Below are positions 52,740-64,000 of a DNA stretch of 64,000 bases, piece by piece (the first letter of the stretch is position 1; every line of letters starts with the position of its first letter). This DNA is from Eledone cirrhosa. Its lineage: Eukaryota. A program made the position numbers and the translations under genes. The stretch lies in NCBI GenBank assembly GCA_964016885.1, contig OZ024740.1:410998001-411062000 (forward strand). Reading direction: 5' to 3'. The notes beneath the pieces were generated by a model that worked only from the letters and a program-made list of their open reading frames with translations, did no database searches and was not told the origin of the DNA.

Positions 52740-52954
52740 GATGACCGGTGTGGCAGTAGATACTGACCAGGACGTGTGATGACGTGGAGTAAAAACGGCC
52801 AATGGCAAGACAGGAGTCGAAGTAGGGGTTTTTTAGGGTGTTTTTTGATGACCCGTGTGGCAGTAGATACTGACCAGAACTTGTGATGAAGTGGAGTAAA
52901 AACAGCCAATGGCATGACAAGAGTGGAAGTAGGGGTTTTTTAGGGTGTTTTTTG
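52740..52954 (+). repeat. Two ~107-bp tandem units
   Basis: GATGACC(G/C)GTGTGGCAGTAGATACTGACCAG repeated. Confidence 0.85.
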
Positions 52955-52997
52955 AGGATAACACCCCAGTGATAAAATTTGCTCCTAACGAAATACT

Positions 52998-53088
52998 CGT
53001 GTCTGAATGAACCTGCAGCCATAGAATCAGCCAGATCCATACAGGGACCATGTCTCGAGCTACCTGCCGGGGAAACAATTGTAACACG
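52998..53088 (+). ncRNA. Type I hammerhead-like motif with expanded stem II
   Basis: cgtgt-CTGAATGA-acctg..~50 nt..cggg-GAAAC-aatt-GTA-acacg, then AATAAA; one extra core nucleotide. Confidence 0.65.
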
Positions 53089-53217
53089 CAATAAACTAAG
53101 TCCAGATGCATTACTGAGTTTTCGTTTTCTTTATAATATCTGCACTCTACTCTGATGAATATCGAGTGCTAATTTTGGCATACCGTCTATGGAAGAATCA
53201 TAGCTACCATTATACAC

Positions 53218-53325
<108 letters not shown>

Positions 53326-53359
53326 GAAAAATCAGTGATGCATCTTAACTCAAATTATT

Positions 53360-53447
53360 GTGTTACAATTGTTTCGCCGGCGGACAGCTCGAGACGTTAT
53401 CATTGTGTTGATCTGTCTGATTCTGGACCCACAGGTTCGACAGACAC
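53360..53447 (-). ncRNA. Diverged homolog of the 52998 hammerhead-like motif
   Basis: rc: gtgt-CTGTCGA-acctg..ccggc-GAAAC-aatt-GTA-acac. Confidence 0.6.
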
Positions 53448-54587
53448 GTCTAATGATTTTGGAGCATATTCGTCTCACTGGGTATTTGACCCTCTGGGCC
53501 AGTACCGTCACAAACTTCCTCCTCTTCGCGTGTCCTGTGTTTGGCCTCTGGCTGTCTACGTCATCATAAATCTGACAACAGGTATCAGTCCGCTGACGAT
53601 CTGGGCGATGTCTGTCCCATGTCTGCTACACTTCAATAAATTACGGCTGTGTTTGGTAGTTTACACATCCACGTGCGCACTCACACACACAGACACACAC
53701 ATACACACACAATCACATATATAAGGACAGACGCACGTATAAACTCCGGCTATGCACACACACTTAAGGAGAACATATAAACATATGCTCACTCGACATA
53801 CATGCATCGAGAGAGGCACGTACATACCCAGACACATGCCCACATGCCTATATACATCACCATACACACACATGTGCATACACATGCATACGCGCATATA
53901 TGCCCGTACCCACAAACACGTACAGACATATAGATAGACCCAACCCCCCCTCCACCCATGCACACACACATACACGCACGTACCAATATACATATATATA
54001 CGCACAGATACACACATATATATATGAATGTATAGTTATGGTCATAATGTTTTTTCGACGTCATTTTCCTAGTTTTGTTGTGTAGATTTGCCTGTCTGCT
54101 AACTTTTCTATAGAAATTGTTTTTTTGCCAAATTAGGGAAATACTCACTTGTGTTCCAATACCGAAGTGTCTAAAATATAGCTAATTAGTGCGTCCCCTG
54201 TGCCAAAGAATGATTTTGATGTAACCACAAGAGGCATAATCATGATTTTAAATGAAATGTGACATAAATCATATATATATATATATATATATATAACAAC
54301 GGAATTGTGGTAAGGAACCAAATGGACCATAACGCACCAGAGTACTCAATACTTAGGGGAGTAGAGTGGGAAATAGGTACAAGTATGACCCCAACCACCG
54401 CCACCACCATCACCACCACTACCTCATTATCACCTCCACCGCTATTCTCTCCCGCTACCCACTGCTACATCGTAGAACCCCCACTAAAAGATGAAGGCAT
54501 CAAAATATATAAATAGACTGAATTGATGACCCGGTCAAAATCAAAAAAACAAAAATCAAAATCAAAGCAGCACCCAACAAGTGCTCC

Positions 54588-57500
54588 ATGGCTCAGCAGC
54601 AGGGACCTGGCTGTCAACCAAATACTGCTGGTGTCGGAGGAAGAAGAAGAAGGAAAGGGACCAGAACCAACTGGACGAAAGAATTGAATAGAACTGTTAT
54701 GCAATGTTACCTGAAGAGTAACCCCAAGGAAAAAGGCTATAGGAAACGGATGCATAACATCTGGAACGAGATTGGTCTATTTAAATTAGATGAACAAAAA
54801 TTGGCCGGGCAGGCTCGAGTAATAAGAACTAATGGGTGGATAAGCGAGCTGGAACTGGAGGAACTGAGCAGAGAGATTAGGTTGGAAATGGAGAGTGGAG
54901 TATGCCAGGCAAACGAGCCAGTGGGAAATGAAAGTGAAGAGGCCGAGAGAACGGAGGAACCACCCGAAGCAGACAATGATCTGAATGTTCAGATAAATAA
55001 TACATGGAACAGAGATACGGCCACTGAGGAGATGAATGCTGATAGGCTAGGACAAGATTTGGTTGATATCCTAAACTTAGTGGTAGATGAATTGAACAAT
55101 GATAGTGGGAGACCTATGAACCTAAGATTTGTAGACAGGAAAAAGTTAAAAGAATCAACAGCTAAGGTAAACAAAGTCATCCCATACCTTGAGGCGAGGA
55201 GCCTTCACCAGTGCAACAATATCCTCAAAGCAACAGAAAATACGGTGAGGAAACTACTTGGTATAAAAGCGAGAGGAAACAACAGACAAGAAAGAGCAGA
55301 GCCTTGGTGGAAGAAACGACTGAGTGGTCAAATCAGGGAAATGAGAAATGACATTGGAAAGCTTGAGTCCCTACTGAATGGAACACTAAAAAACATAGAC
55401 ACTAAAAAATAAAGTACAAAACTAGGAGGAAAAAGCTAAATATTATCATAGAGGAACTGAAGCAACGCATTGTAGCAAAGAGTGCAAAAATCAGGCGATA
55501 CGAGAACAGAGTCAGCCAGTATAAACAGAACCGCATGTTCGACAACAACCAGAAGATGATGTTTGGACAGCTTGAAGGGAAAGAAAGAGGCAACGACTTG
55601 ATCCCTGAGGCGGAACAAACTAAGACATTCTGGAGAGGAATATGGGAGCAGGGTGTTGAACATAATGATCTGGCAGTGTGGATTGAGACAGTACAAAAGG
55701 AGATTAGTGAACAGGCACACCAACAAACTGATTTGAGTATCACAGTTGAAACTCTTAAGGGGCAGGCCAAAAAACTAACCAACTGGAAATCACCAGGCCA
55801 GATGGTGTGCAGGGGTATTAGATTAAAAATATAACATCCCTCCACCCGAAACTGACAACCATGTTCAATGACTGCTTGATGTCAGGTGAGGTACCAGAGT
55901 GGTTCACAGAAGGTACCACAGTTCTGGTAATGAAAGAGCAAACCAAGGGTAATGATGTTACCAAGTATAGACCTATCACATGTCTGTCCGTAATGTGGAA
56001 ACTGTTAACAAGCATTGTGTCTGAGGAAATCTACCATCACCTCCACATAAACAACTTGTTACCGGACGAACAGGAAGGATGCCGAAAGAAGTCACGTGGT
56101 ACAAAGTACCAGATACTTATTGATAAGATGGTAATGAGGAATTGTAGGAGGAGACACACTGGTCTTGCCATGGGATGTATAGACTACAAAAAGGCATTTG
56201 ACATGGTACCTCATTCTCGGATAACCAAAAGCCTAGAGATCTTCAAGGTGGCATATAACATCAGACAGTTGTTGGGCAAAAGTATGAAGTCCTGGGAAAC
56301 AGAGTTAACATCAGCGGAGAATCCTTGGGAGGCGTGAGGATCAAGAGAGGTATCTTCCAGGGAGATAGTTTGTCCCCTCTGTTGTTTGTCCTTGCCCTGA
56401 TCCCCCTGACCATTGTACTGCGAAAAGTGAGAGCCGGATACAAGTTGGGAAAGGGAGAGCTTACCATCAATCACCTACTCTTCATGGAAGATCTTAAGCT
56501 CTTCGGGAAGAGTGAGAGGGAGTTGGATGTGCTTGTTGACACTGTCCGTATTTTCAGCAACGATATATGTATGCAATTTGGTATTAGTAAGTGTGGAGTC
56601 CTTGTTATGAAGAGTGGTAAATTGAGCAGAAGCAACGGAATCCAGAAATTGATACTGAACAGGGATACAAGTATTTAGGTGTTCTGGAGGCTGATGACAT
56701 CAAGAACAAAAAAATGAAGGAATTGATAAGATCTGAATACATTCGGAGAGTAAGGAGCGTATTAAAGTCACATCTGAACAGTAGGAATGCTATAGGTGTA
56801 GTTAATTCCCGAACTGTGTCTATTATTAGGTATAGTGCGGGAATTCTGAGATGGAATGTTGCTGAACAAAAAGAAATGGATAGGAAGACTAGGAAGCTAT
56901 TGACTATCTACAACATGTTCCACAAGAGGAGTGATGTCGATTGACTCTACTTAAGGAGATCTGAAGGTGGAAATGTCTTATCAGCATAGAGGACTGTGTT
57001 CAGATGGAGTAAAACAACCTACACAAATACGTGACTGATAGTAGAGAGCCAATCCTCTGAATTGTACTGAAGGAGAGAACAATAGACCAGGGGATGTCCA
57101 GGGAGGAAATAACAAGAAGACAGAGCAACCTTCATGAAAAATCCCTTCATAGTGCCTTCTTTGAGCAAACTGAATTTAGAGATCCACATACATGGAACTG
57201 ATTGAAAAGAGGAGACCTTAAAAAGCTACAGAAGGAATGCTAATGGCTGCGCAAGAGCAGGCCCTCAAAACGAAGTGGCTGAAACACTATATTTACAAGG
57301 AGGAGGCTATCCCACTGTGCAGGATCTGTGGAGTGAGAGAGTAGACTGTGGCTCACATTGTATCCGAGTGTAAAGACCTAGCCCAGACTCACTATAAATC
57401 TGGAGACATGACGTGATGGGCAGGGTGATCCACTGGCACCCATGCAAAGTAAACAATTTACCACATTCTGAGAAGTGGTATGAGCATAAGCCAGAGTCGG

Positions 57501-57640
57501 TGATAGAAAATGATCAGGTGAAGGTGCTGTGGGATTTTAGGATACAGACGGACAAGAAACTGGAACACAATAGACCTGACCTGGTGGTTATGGACAAGGG
57601 AAAAATATCGTGCCTGATTGTGGATTTAGTCTACTCATTT
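54588..57640 (+). mobile_element. R4/Dong-type RLE non-LTR retrotransposon, decayed
   Basis: PWWKKRL, YRPITCL, DYKKAFD, GIFQGDSLSP, FMEDLK, CRIC..H..C, RHD, LWDF.IQTD..NRPDL; many stops and frameshifts. Confidence 0.88.
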
Positions 57641-57986
57641 ACACGAGAGTAAAGTCGAGAACGACAATAACAAAAATAACAGCGGTAAGGTCGAGAACGA
57701 CAATAACAATGACAATAACAACAGCCACAACAACAATAATAGTAGGAACAGTATCAACGAAAACAACAATAACAACAACAGCCACAATAACAGTAACAAC
57801 AGCAACAGTATCAACGAAAACAACAACAATAATACCAACAACTGTACCAACGAAAACAACAACAATGACACCGATACCTGTAATAGCGATCTCAGCACCA
57901 CCAGTAAGACCAGTAGCGGCAGCAATAGTGGTGCTGCTGAAAAAGGGACCACTTCTTTTGCAGGTGTCGCCCGAAATATCGAGACA

Positions 57987-59135
57987 GTGTTAGTCACAGA
58001 GGAGGAGATGGCAGTCGCAAGGGCCATGGTGACAAGATGCGCCAATAGAGTCTCCCTGAAACCTCCACCCGATCTTTTCAAGGACCAGCATCTGCGGACG
58101 GTGACTTACCGCACCGTAAGCAAAATCTCACATCGGGTGGAGAGAGCCACGGAGGCTCAAATCCAAAAGGCCTTGTGGTGCGTCTGGGCACGCAAAACCC
58201 ACATCACCCGAGGCAGAAAGTACGCCACAGTAGACGTACTTTTCGCCACCCCCCAGGAAGCAATGTCTCACTCTTTGGAAACCCTAAAGTGTGAGGAGAT
58301 AGTCTTGGTGCCCTCCTACTGCGGGCAGAAAATTGTGAGGGTCAAAGTGACCCAGGTCCCACCTGACGTGCTCATACCTTTGCTGGCCCCGTCTGTCTTT
58401 GCTGGAATCGAGAACAGGACGACCATGCTGCAAGTAGAAAAAATAGGGGGAGAGAACTGGTCAGGTATAGGCATGCAAATGCTTATACAAACTGACCAGG
58501 AATGTATCGACGCTATCCCCGATATCATAGACATCGAGGAAGGACTCCAACTCCCTATAAGTGTAGAAGGAAGACGGCCAAAATGTTATCTCTGTGGGTC
58601 GAAGGGTCACCTCAGGGCCTTTTGCCCGCAGAAGACAGCGAAGAAGGCCCCTCTCCTTCCAATACCTGGTCCGCTGCTACCAAGAGCAGGGCAGGCAACA
58701 AACGAAGAAGCCCCTTTCCCGGTGAGTAGGAGGGCAACGTCCGTAGCACCCGTACCAAGGCCACGGAAAACTAAAGCAGCATCATCAGTGGCGGCAACAC
58801 CAATAGCTATATTTAAAGTAGCTACACCAGCAACAAAATTGCCGAAGAGGGCTCCACTACCACCACCAACAGCCGTGAAGCACATACCCCTCCCAGACGC
58901 CACAGAATCCGACATGGAGTTTGAGGCGGGAGTGAAGTGGCAAACGGTCTGCCACAAAAAAGAAAAAAGAAAAAAACCCTTAGATTCACCCTCCAAAACC
59001 GAAGGCATACAAAGAGGGGTAAAGGCAGCAAGGAAACTTGCAGAAACGCCACCACCATCACCACCACAAGTACCCCTGACAACAACAACCACACCACCAC
59101 CAGCATCACCAAAAACACCAACAACGCAAACATAA
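57987..59135 (+). CDS. Tx1/L1-type ORF1 (gag-like, CCHC zinc knuckle)
   Basis: VEGRRPKCYLCGSKGHLRAFCP, Pro-rich tail, upstream of an APE-RT ORF2; true start uncertain. Confidence 0.8.
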   Translation: MLVTEEEMAVARAMVTRCANRVSLKPPPDLFKDQHLRTVTYRTVSKISHRVERATEAQIQKALWCVWARKTHITRGRKYATVDVLFATPQEAMSHSLETLKCEEIVLVPSYCGQKIVRVKVTQVPPDVLIPLLAPSVFAGIENRTTMLQVEKIGGENWSGIGMQMLIQTDQECIDAIPDIIDIEEGLQLPISVEGRRPKCYLCGSKGHLRAFCPQKTAKKAPLLPIPGPLLPRAGQATNEEAPFPVSRRATSVAPVPRPRKTKAASSVAATPIAIFKVATPATKLPKRAPLPPPTAVKHIPLPDATESDMEFEAGVKWQTVCHKKEKRKKPLDSPSKTEGIQRGVKAARKLAETPPPSPPQVPLTTTTTPPPASPKTPTTQT

Positions 59136-59516
59136 CACAACAAGAAGAAAACAGCAACAAAATCACCCCTCTCCCCAAAATGTACACAGCCATAAACATG
59201 GCAAAAAAAGAACTCATACAATATATAAAGCAGCACACAGAAATCACAGAACAAAACTACTACACCCCACCAACACCAAGAACTCTCCCATCCCGACAAA
59301 CATAAGTATCATCGAAATCTCAATAGAACAGTACAAACCTTTAAAACAAAAATTCCCCAACGCAGTTGGAGACTTCAGAGGGTCGGTTACCAAGAGGATA
59401 TACACTGACATCCCCTTAGAAACACCCATGACCAGCGAAAGGGACGGTTCTACTGTCCCTTCACCACACGAACAAGGTAAGTGACCCTTTCTCACTTGCC
59501 CCGTTTCTCATCCAAC

Positions 59517-61600
59517 ATGGCCGTACTCATAATAGGCAGTATAAATGCACGTGGCCTGGGGTCATCTTGGAAGCAGGGTCACCTGCTCAACGACCTCAGG
59601 TCACTAAACATAGATGTGGTGGCCATAAGTGAAATCAGAATCTCCGAAGCACAAGCCTTCGCACCGATCTTCGGCGGCTACGGTGTATACGCATCTCCCA
59701 GCTGTCCAGGATCGGGGGAGGGTTTGCCGTCCTTTTTCGGAGAGGCTTGGATCTCGCAATACGGGCCATCTTCCTAGACCCAGAAGGTAAGTCGGTGGTG
59801 CTGGACGTGACCGGCAGCGAAGGCAATGCTTTCAGGATAGTAGCCGTCTACGCCCCAACAGGGACATGACGGCCAGATTTCTTCAGACGTCTAGAGACCT
59901 TTCTTGGAACGTCCCGCTCTTTAGTGTTAGTGAGCGATTGGAACGGTATCTTGGATGCACGCTGGGATCGTGTGGGGCTAGTGGATAGGGGAGGAGGGTG
60001 CAAGAGCCTCACCAACCTGCTCAGACGTTTTGAACTGTCTGACAGGTATCGACTGGATCACCCGAATGTGCCAATGTGGACATGGACAAACCGCATCGGG
60101 TCATCCAGATGGTATCTCGATAGGGTATTCTGCAGAGAACTAGATAAGGCTAGTATAAGTTGTCCACAATTTAAAATAGTCGACTACACAGACCACAGAT
60201 TTCTGATCTGTGATATCGACATAGACAGACTTCATACTGGAAGCTGAACGCGTCTTTCCCGGCGCGCAAAGCCTACAGAGAACGGATTAGCGTATTAGTT
60301 AAGCGGGCGTTGACGAGAGCGGTCGTCAACGACAGGTGGTGGTTCGCCCTGAATAGGGCAATTAAAGTAGAGTCGATTATGTTTAGCAAAGGAGTAGTGA
60401 TAGAGGAAAATAGAGTAGAGGGAGAGATAGTCAGAAAACTAGAAGAGGCGTTTAGGACAGGCATCGCAACCGACGTGCTTGTGGCGAGATTGGCACTCGA
60501 CTAATTCTTCAACGCAAAACGCGAAGGCTGCGTTGTCAGAGCTAGAGCGCGTGCTCTGAAACACGAGGGGACAAAAGCCGTCCAATGGGCCCGGGTGGCA
60601 GAGGCGCGACGTGGCAAAAAAGCCACAATTCGGTCTTTGTCTGACCAAAACGGGTGCGTGATGCTCGAACCCGAGAGGATGTGTGAAGCTTTTCAGCAGC
60701 ACTTTGCTGAGCTGTTCGGGAGCGGCGGCGGCCCGGATCGGGGCATGGACTTCGGTGCATACCTCGACGGACTGCCTCGGCTCTCGACGACCGCAGCACA
60801 GTGTTGCGAAAAGCCAATAACATCTGGTGAAATACGGGAAGTGATGGCTAACTACACAAGGGGTAAATCGCCAGGTTTTGATGGTCTGCTCTACGAGCTT
60901 TATGCATTTATGCCAGACTTGTTCGGTGACCTCTTGGCAGACGTCTACTGCAACTGGCAGCAGAACGGGAGCATTCCCAGTTTTGTGAGCCGGGGACCAG
61001 TGGCACTGCTGAGGAAAGACCCGTACAAGAGGGATGTTATCGATAATTTCAGGCCCATAACCCTTCTAAACGCAGAGTTCAAGATTTTGGCCAAGGTGTT
61101 AGCAACGAGGTTGGCGCTTGTCGTCAAGGGTCTGGTGGGAGAGGCGCAGACATGCGCCATTCCGGATAGATCCATACACGACAACCTCCACCTCATGCGA
61201 TACATCATAGAGAGGGTGGTTAAGGAACATGCACGGATGGGGCCCTGATCAACTTGGATCAATCCAAAGTATTCGATATGGTAGACCATCGGTACCTGGC
61301 GGCGGTCCTCGAGGCAGCCGGTTTCGGGCCCGTTTTCAGGGGTTGAATCGCAGCAATCTACAGCGACATCTGCTCAGTTTTGAGGGTGAACGGTCACCTG
61401 TCGCAGCCGTTCAGCATCATGCGCTCAGTCCGCCAGGGTTGTCCCCTCTCGTCCCTCTTGTACGTATTGGCTCTCGAGCCGTTACTGCACAAACTGGGGG
61501 CGATGAGGGGCGTCCCACGCGAAATATGATGCGGGAAATCCGAATCGGCTTATGCTGACGACGTCACTGTGGTGGTGTCGAGCACCAGACACGTCCAGAC
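59517..61600 (+). pseudogene. Tx1/L1-type ORF2 (APE + RT), frameshifted, internally deleted after YADD
   Basis: SINARGL, VYAP, SDWN, YLDR, TDH, KSPGFDG, FRPITLLN, QGCPLS, YADD; jumps to the 3' UTR ending GGCCAATAAAGAA(ATT)n at about 61838. Confidence 0.88.
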
Positions 61601-61839
61601 CCTCGGAGGTTTCCCCCTTATTGGGGAATTTTTTATTGTTTCAATTTTCATTTTTATTGTTTATATATATATATATATATGTTTCTATGTCCTTTTTTTT
61701 CTTTTCTTATATAAATAATAAAAATATTTACACGCACAAAACCCACATCGTACTGTCCTGTACCGTCCTGTGCCGTCTGTAATGTTTTTCTTGATGTCAG
61801 CCCTTGTGGCCAATAAAGAAATTATTATTATTATTATTA

Positions 61840-64000
61840 CAGTTGCATTTATCTTGCTTTATGTTCATACGAGTTATCACCAAGTCACAACCAGTGATCT
61901 CAAGAGACAACAAGGTCCGCCATGTTCAAGAAAGAACATACATACTCACACATGCATCTTTAGTGTTTAGACTTGTGATGTACTTATATTGACAGAATCT
62001 TCCTTAGTATATGGGCAGTTCCCATTAGTACTATCTTTTGTATTTCTCCTATACGCGGGTTTCCTGGGATTTGCGATATGTAATCATTAGACCCCTTAGG
62101 TATCATTCCCAGAGCGCCTACAACCACTGGTATTGTTTTAGTTCTCAATTTCCACATTTTTCCAATTTCTATCTCCAGGTCCTTATACTTGCTCAATTTT
62201 TCAAATGTTTTTATAGATACATTCTTGTCTATTGGAACGGACATATCAATTAGCAGGCATACCCTCTTTTTAAAGTCCTTCAATATTATATCAGGTTTAT
62301 TTGCATCTATTTTTCAGTCTGTTTGGATGCTAAAGTTCCACAAGATTGAGATGTGATCTTTTTCAAGTATGGGAGGTGGTTGATGCTTCCACCAATTTTT
62401 TTGATGGGGCAGGTCAAAATGCTTACACATTATCCAATGTATGTATTGTGCAGCTCTGTCATGCCTGTTTAGGTATTCGGTTGGAGCTATAGGACTGCAC
62501 ATTGAAATTATATGGTCAATGGTCTCTGGTTGTTTTTTGCTTTCACGGCATAATGGGCTGCATCCATTTTTTATTATGTTGGCTTGGTAATTTCTTGTTG
62601 GCAGACACTGATCTTGTGCTGATATAATCAGTCCTTCAGTCTCCGATTTCAGTCCAGAGGATGCCAACCACTGATGGGTTAAAGTTTTGTCAACATCAGG
62701 ATTGTTAGCTCGTTCTGGGTATTTTCCATACAGAGGCTTTTCTTGCCATTTCTTAGCCAGTTTCTGTAGCAGTTCTTTCTTTGCAGTTACTTTTACCTGC
62801 TTTGCTTTTTCTGTGTTTTCCATTTCAGCAGTAAATGGGACTTCTGAAATTTGTAGTCCATTACTGTATCTTTGTGCATCTTTTGTAATGGAATATGATC
62901 TTTTGATGCTTTCGTGTTTCAAAACGAGTTTGATCATCCAATCATGTGATACCCTTAGATATGTAGATAATCCAATTGTTGCAGTTTTTAATGCAATGTC
63001 TAACTGGATTAACCCACGTCCTCCTTCTTTCCTAGGGAGATATATTCTATCTGTATATGCCTTAGGGTGATGCATTCTGTGCATGGTTAAGCATTTTCGA
63101 ATTTTTGTATCGAGCCTACGGATCTCTGTGCTTGACCAGTTGATGACATTGTAACTGTAGGTTACTACTGGTATGGCAAGCGTGTTTATGGCATCGATCC
63201 TATTCCTTGCATTCAATTCCGTTCTTAAGATTGCTCTTACTCTGCGGTAACATTCCTTCCTTATCCTTTCCCTCATTGTCGGGTGCTTGATTCCGTCTCC
63301 TTCACAAACACCTAGATATTTGTAAGTTTTTTCTTGATCAAGTTCTCTTATCACGTTCTCCCGATCAAGATTAATGTCTGAACTCTTCAGCAGCTTTCCT
63401 CTGGTGAACGTTGCTTTGGCGCATTTATCTAGTCCAAACGCCATGTTAAGGTCATCACTGAACTGCTCCACAGTGGATAATAGCCCTTTCAATTGTTCAT
63501 CATTTTTTGCAAATAGTTTCAGGTCATCCATGTAGAACAAGTGATTAATGGTTTTGTCATAGACTTTATATCCATGTTTTGTTTCATTGAGCATTTTACT
63601 TAATGGTATAAGCGCGATGCAGAATAAAAGCGGTGATAAAGAGTCACCCTGAAAAATTCCACAATTAATATTAACTTCTCCAGCTTCCAGTGATTTTGTT
63701 TCACTATTCAAAAGGAGTGTCGTTTTCCATGTCTTCATACTGAATGACAAAAACCTCCTGACAACGGGGGATATTTTGAAAATCTCTAAACATTTTTCAA
63801 TCCAACTGTGTGGCAAACTATCGAATGCTTTTTTATAATCTATCCAAGCAATCGATAGATTTTTGTGTCTATTATGACAATCTTCCAGTATCATTTTGTT
63901 AACCAAAAGCTGATCCTTACAGCCATATCAGCCTCGTTTACACCCTTTCTGCTCAATGGGAAATAGGTCATTTGTTATCAGGTGGTCATATGTGTATTCA
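61840..64000 (-). mobile_element. R4/Dong-type RLE non-LTR retrotransposon (runs off the window)
   Basis: ORF 62314-63906: WIDYKKAFD, GIFQGDSLSP, YMDDLK, RHD; ORF 61984-62283: PD..D..K RLE, VVGALG; (TAA)n tail. Confidence 0.92.

Overview
AT-rich, repeat-dominated eukaryotic DNA. The SINE families suggest an octopus or other cephalopod (inference). I found no convincing host exon, and most ORFs in the track are (TA)n/(CA)n artefacts. Retroelements present: Penelope-like elements (a near-complete Naiad-type RT+GIY-YIG element at 6550-8650, truncated copies, and a Neptune-type copy), Tx1/L1-type LINEs, R4/Dong-type RLE LINEs and decayed RTE fragments. There are also two tRNA-derived SINE families, nested MITEs and a tRNA-like gene. 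The main signal not explained by ORFs is about 20 type I hammerhead ribozyme (HHR) motifs, read by eye. They include two related tandem retrozyme-like families (13.7-14.5 kb; 45.9-47.5 and 51.0-51.5 kb) that share an octamer plus a second conserved box upstream of the ribozyme, a possible snRNA-type promoter. Two non-canonical catalytic cores recur (UUGAAAA and CCGANGA). All folds and homologies were judged by eye; element boundaries are approximate.
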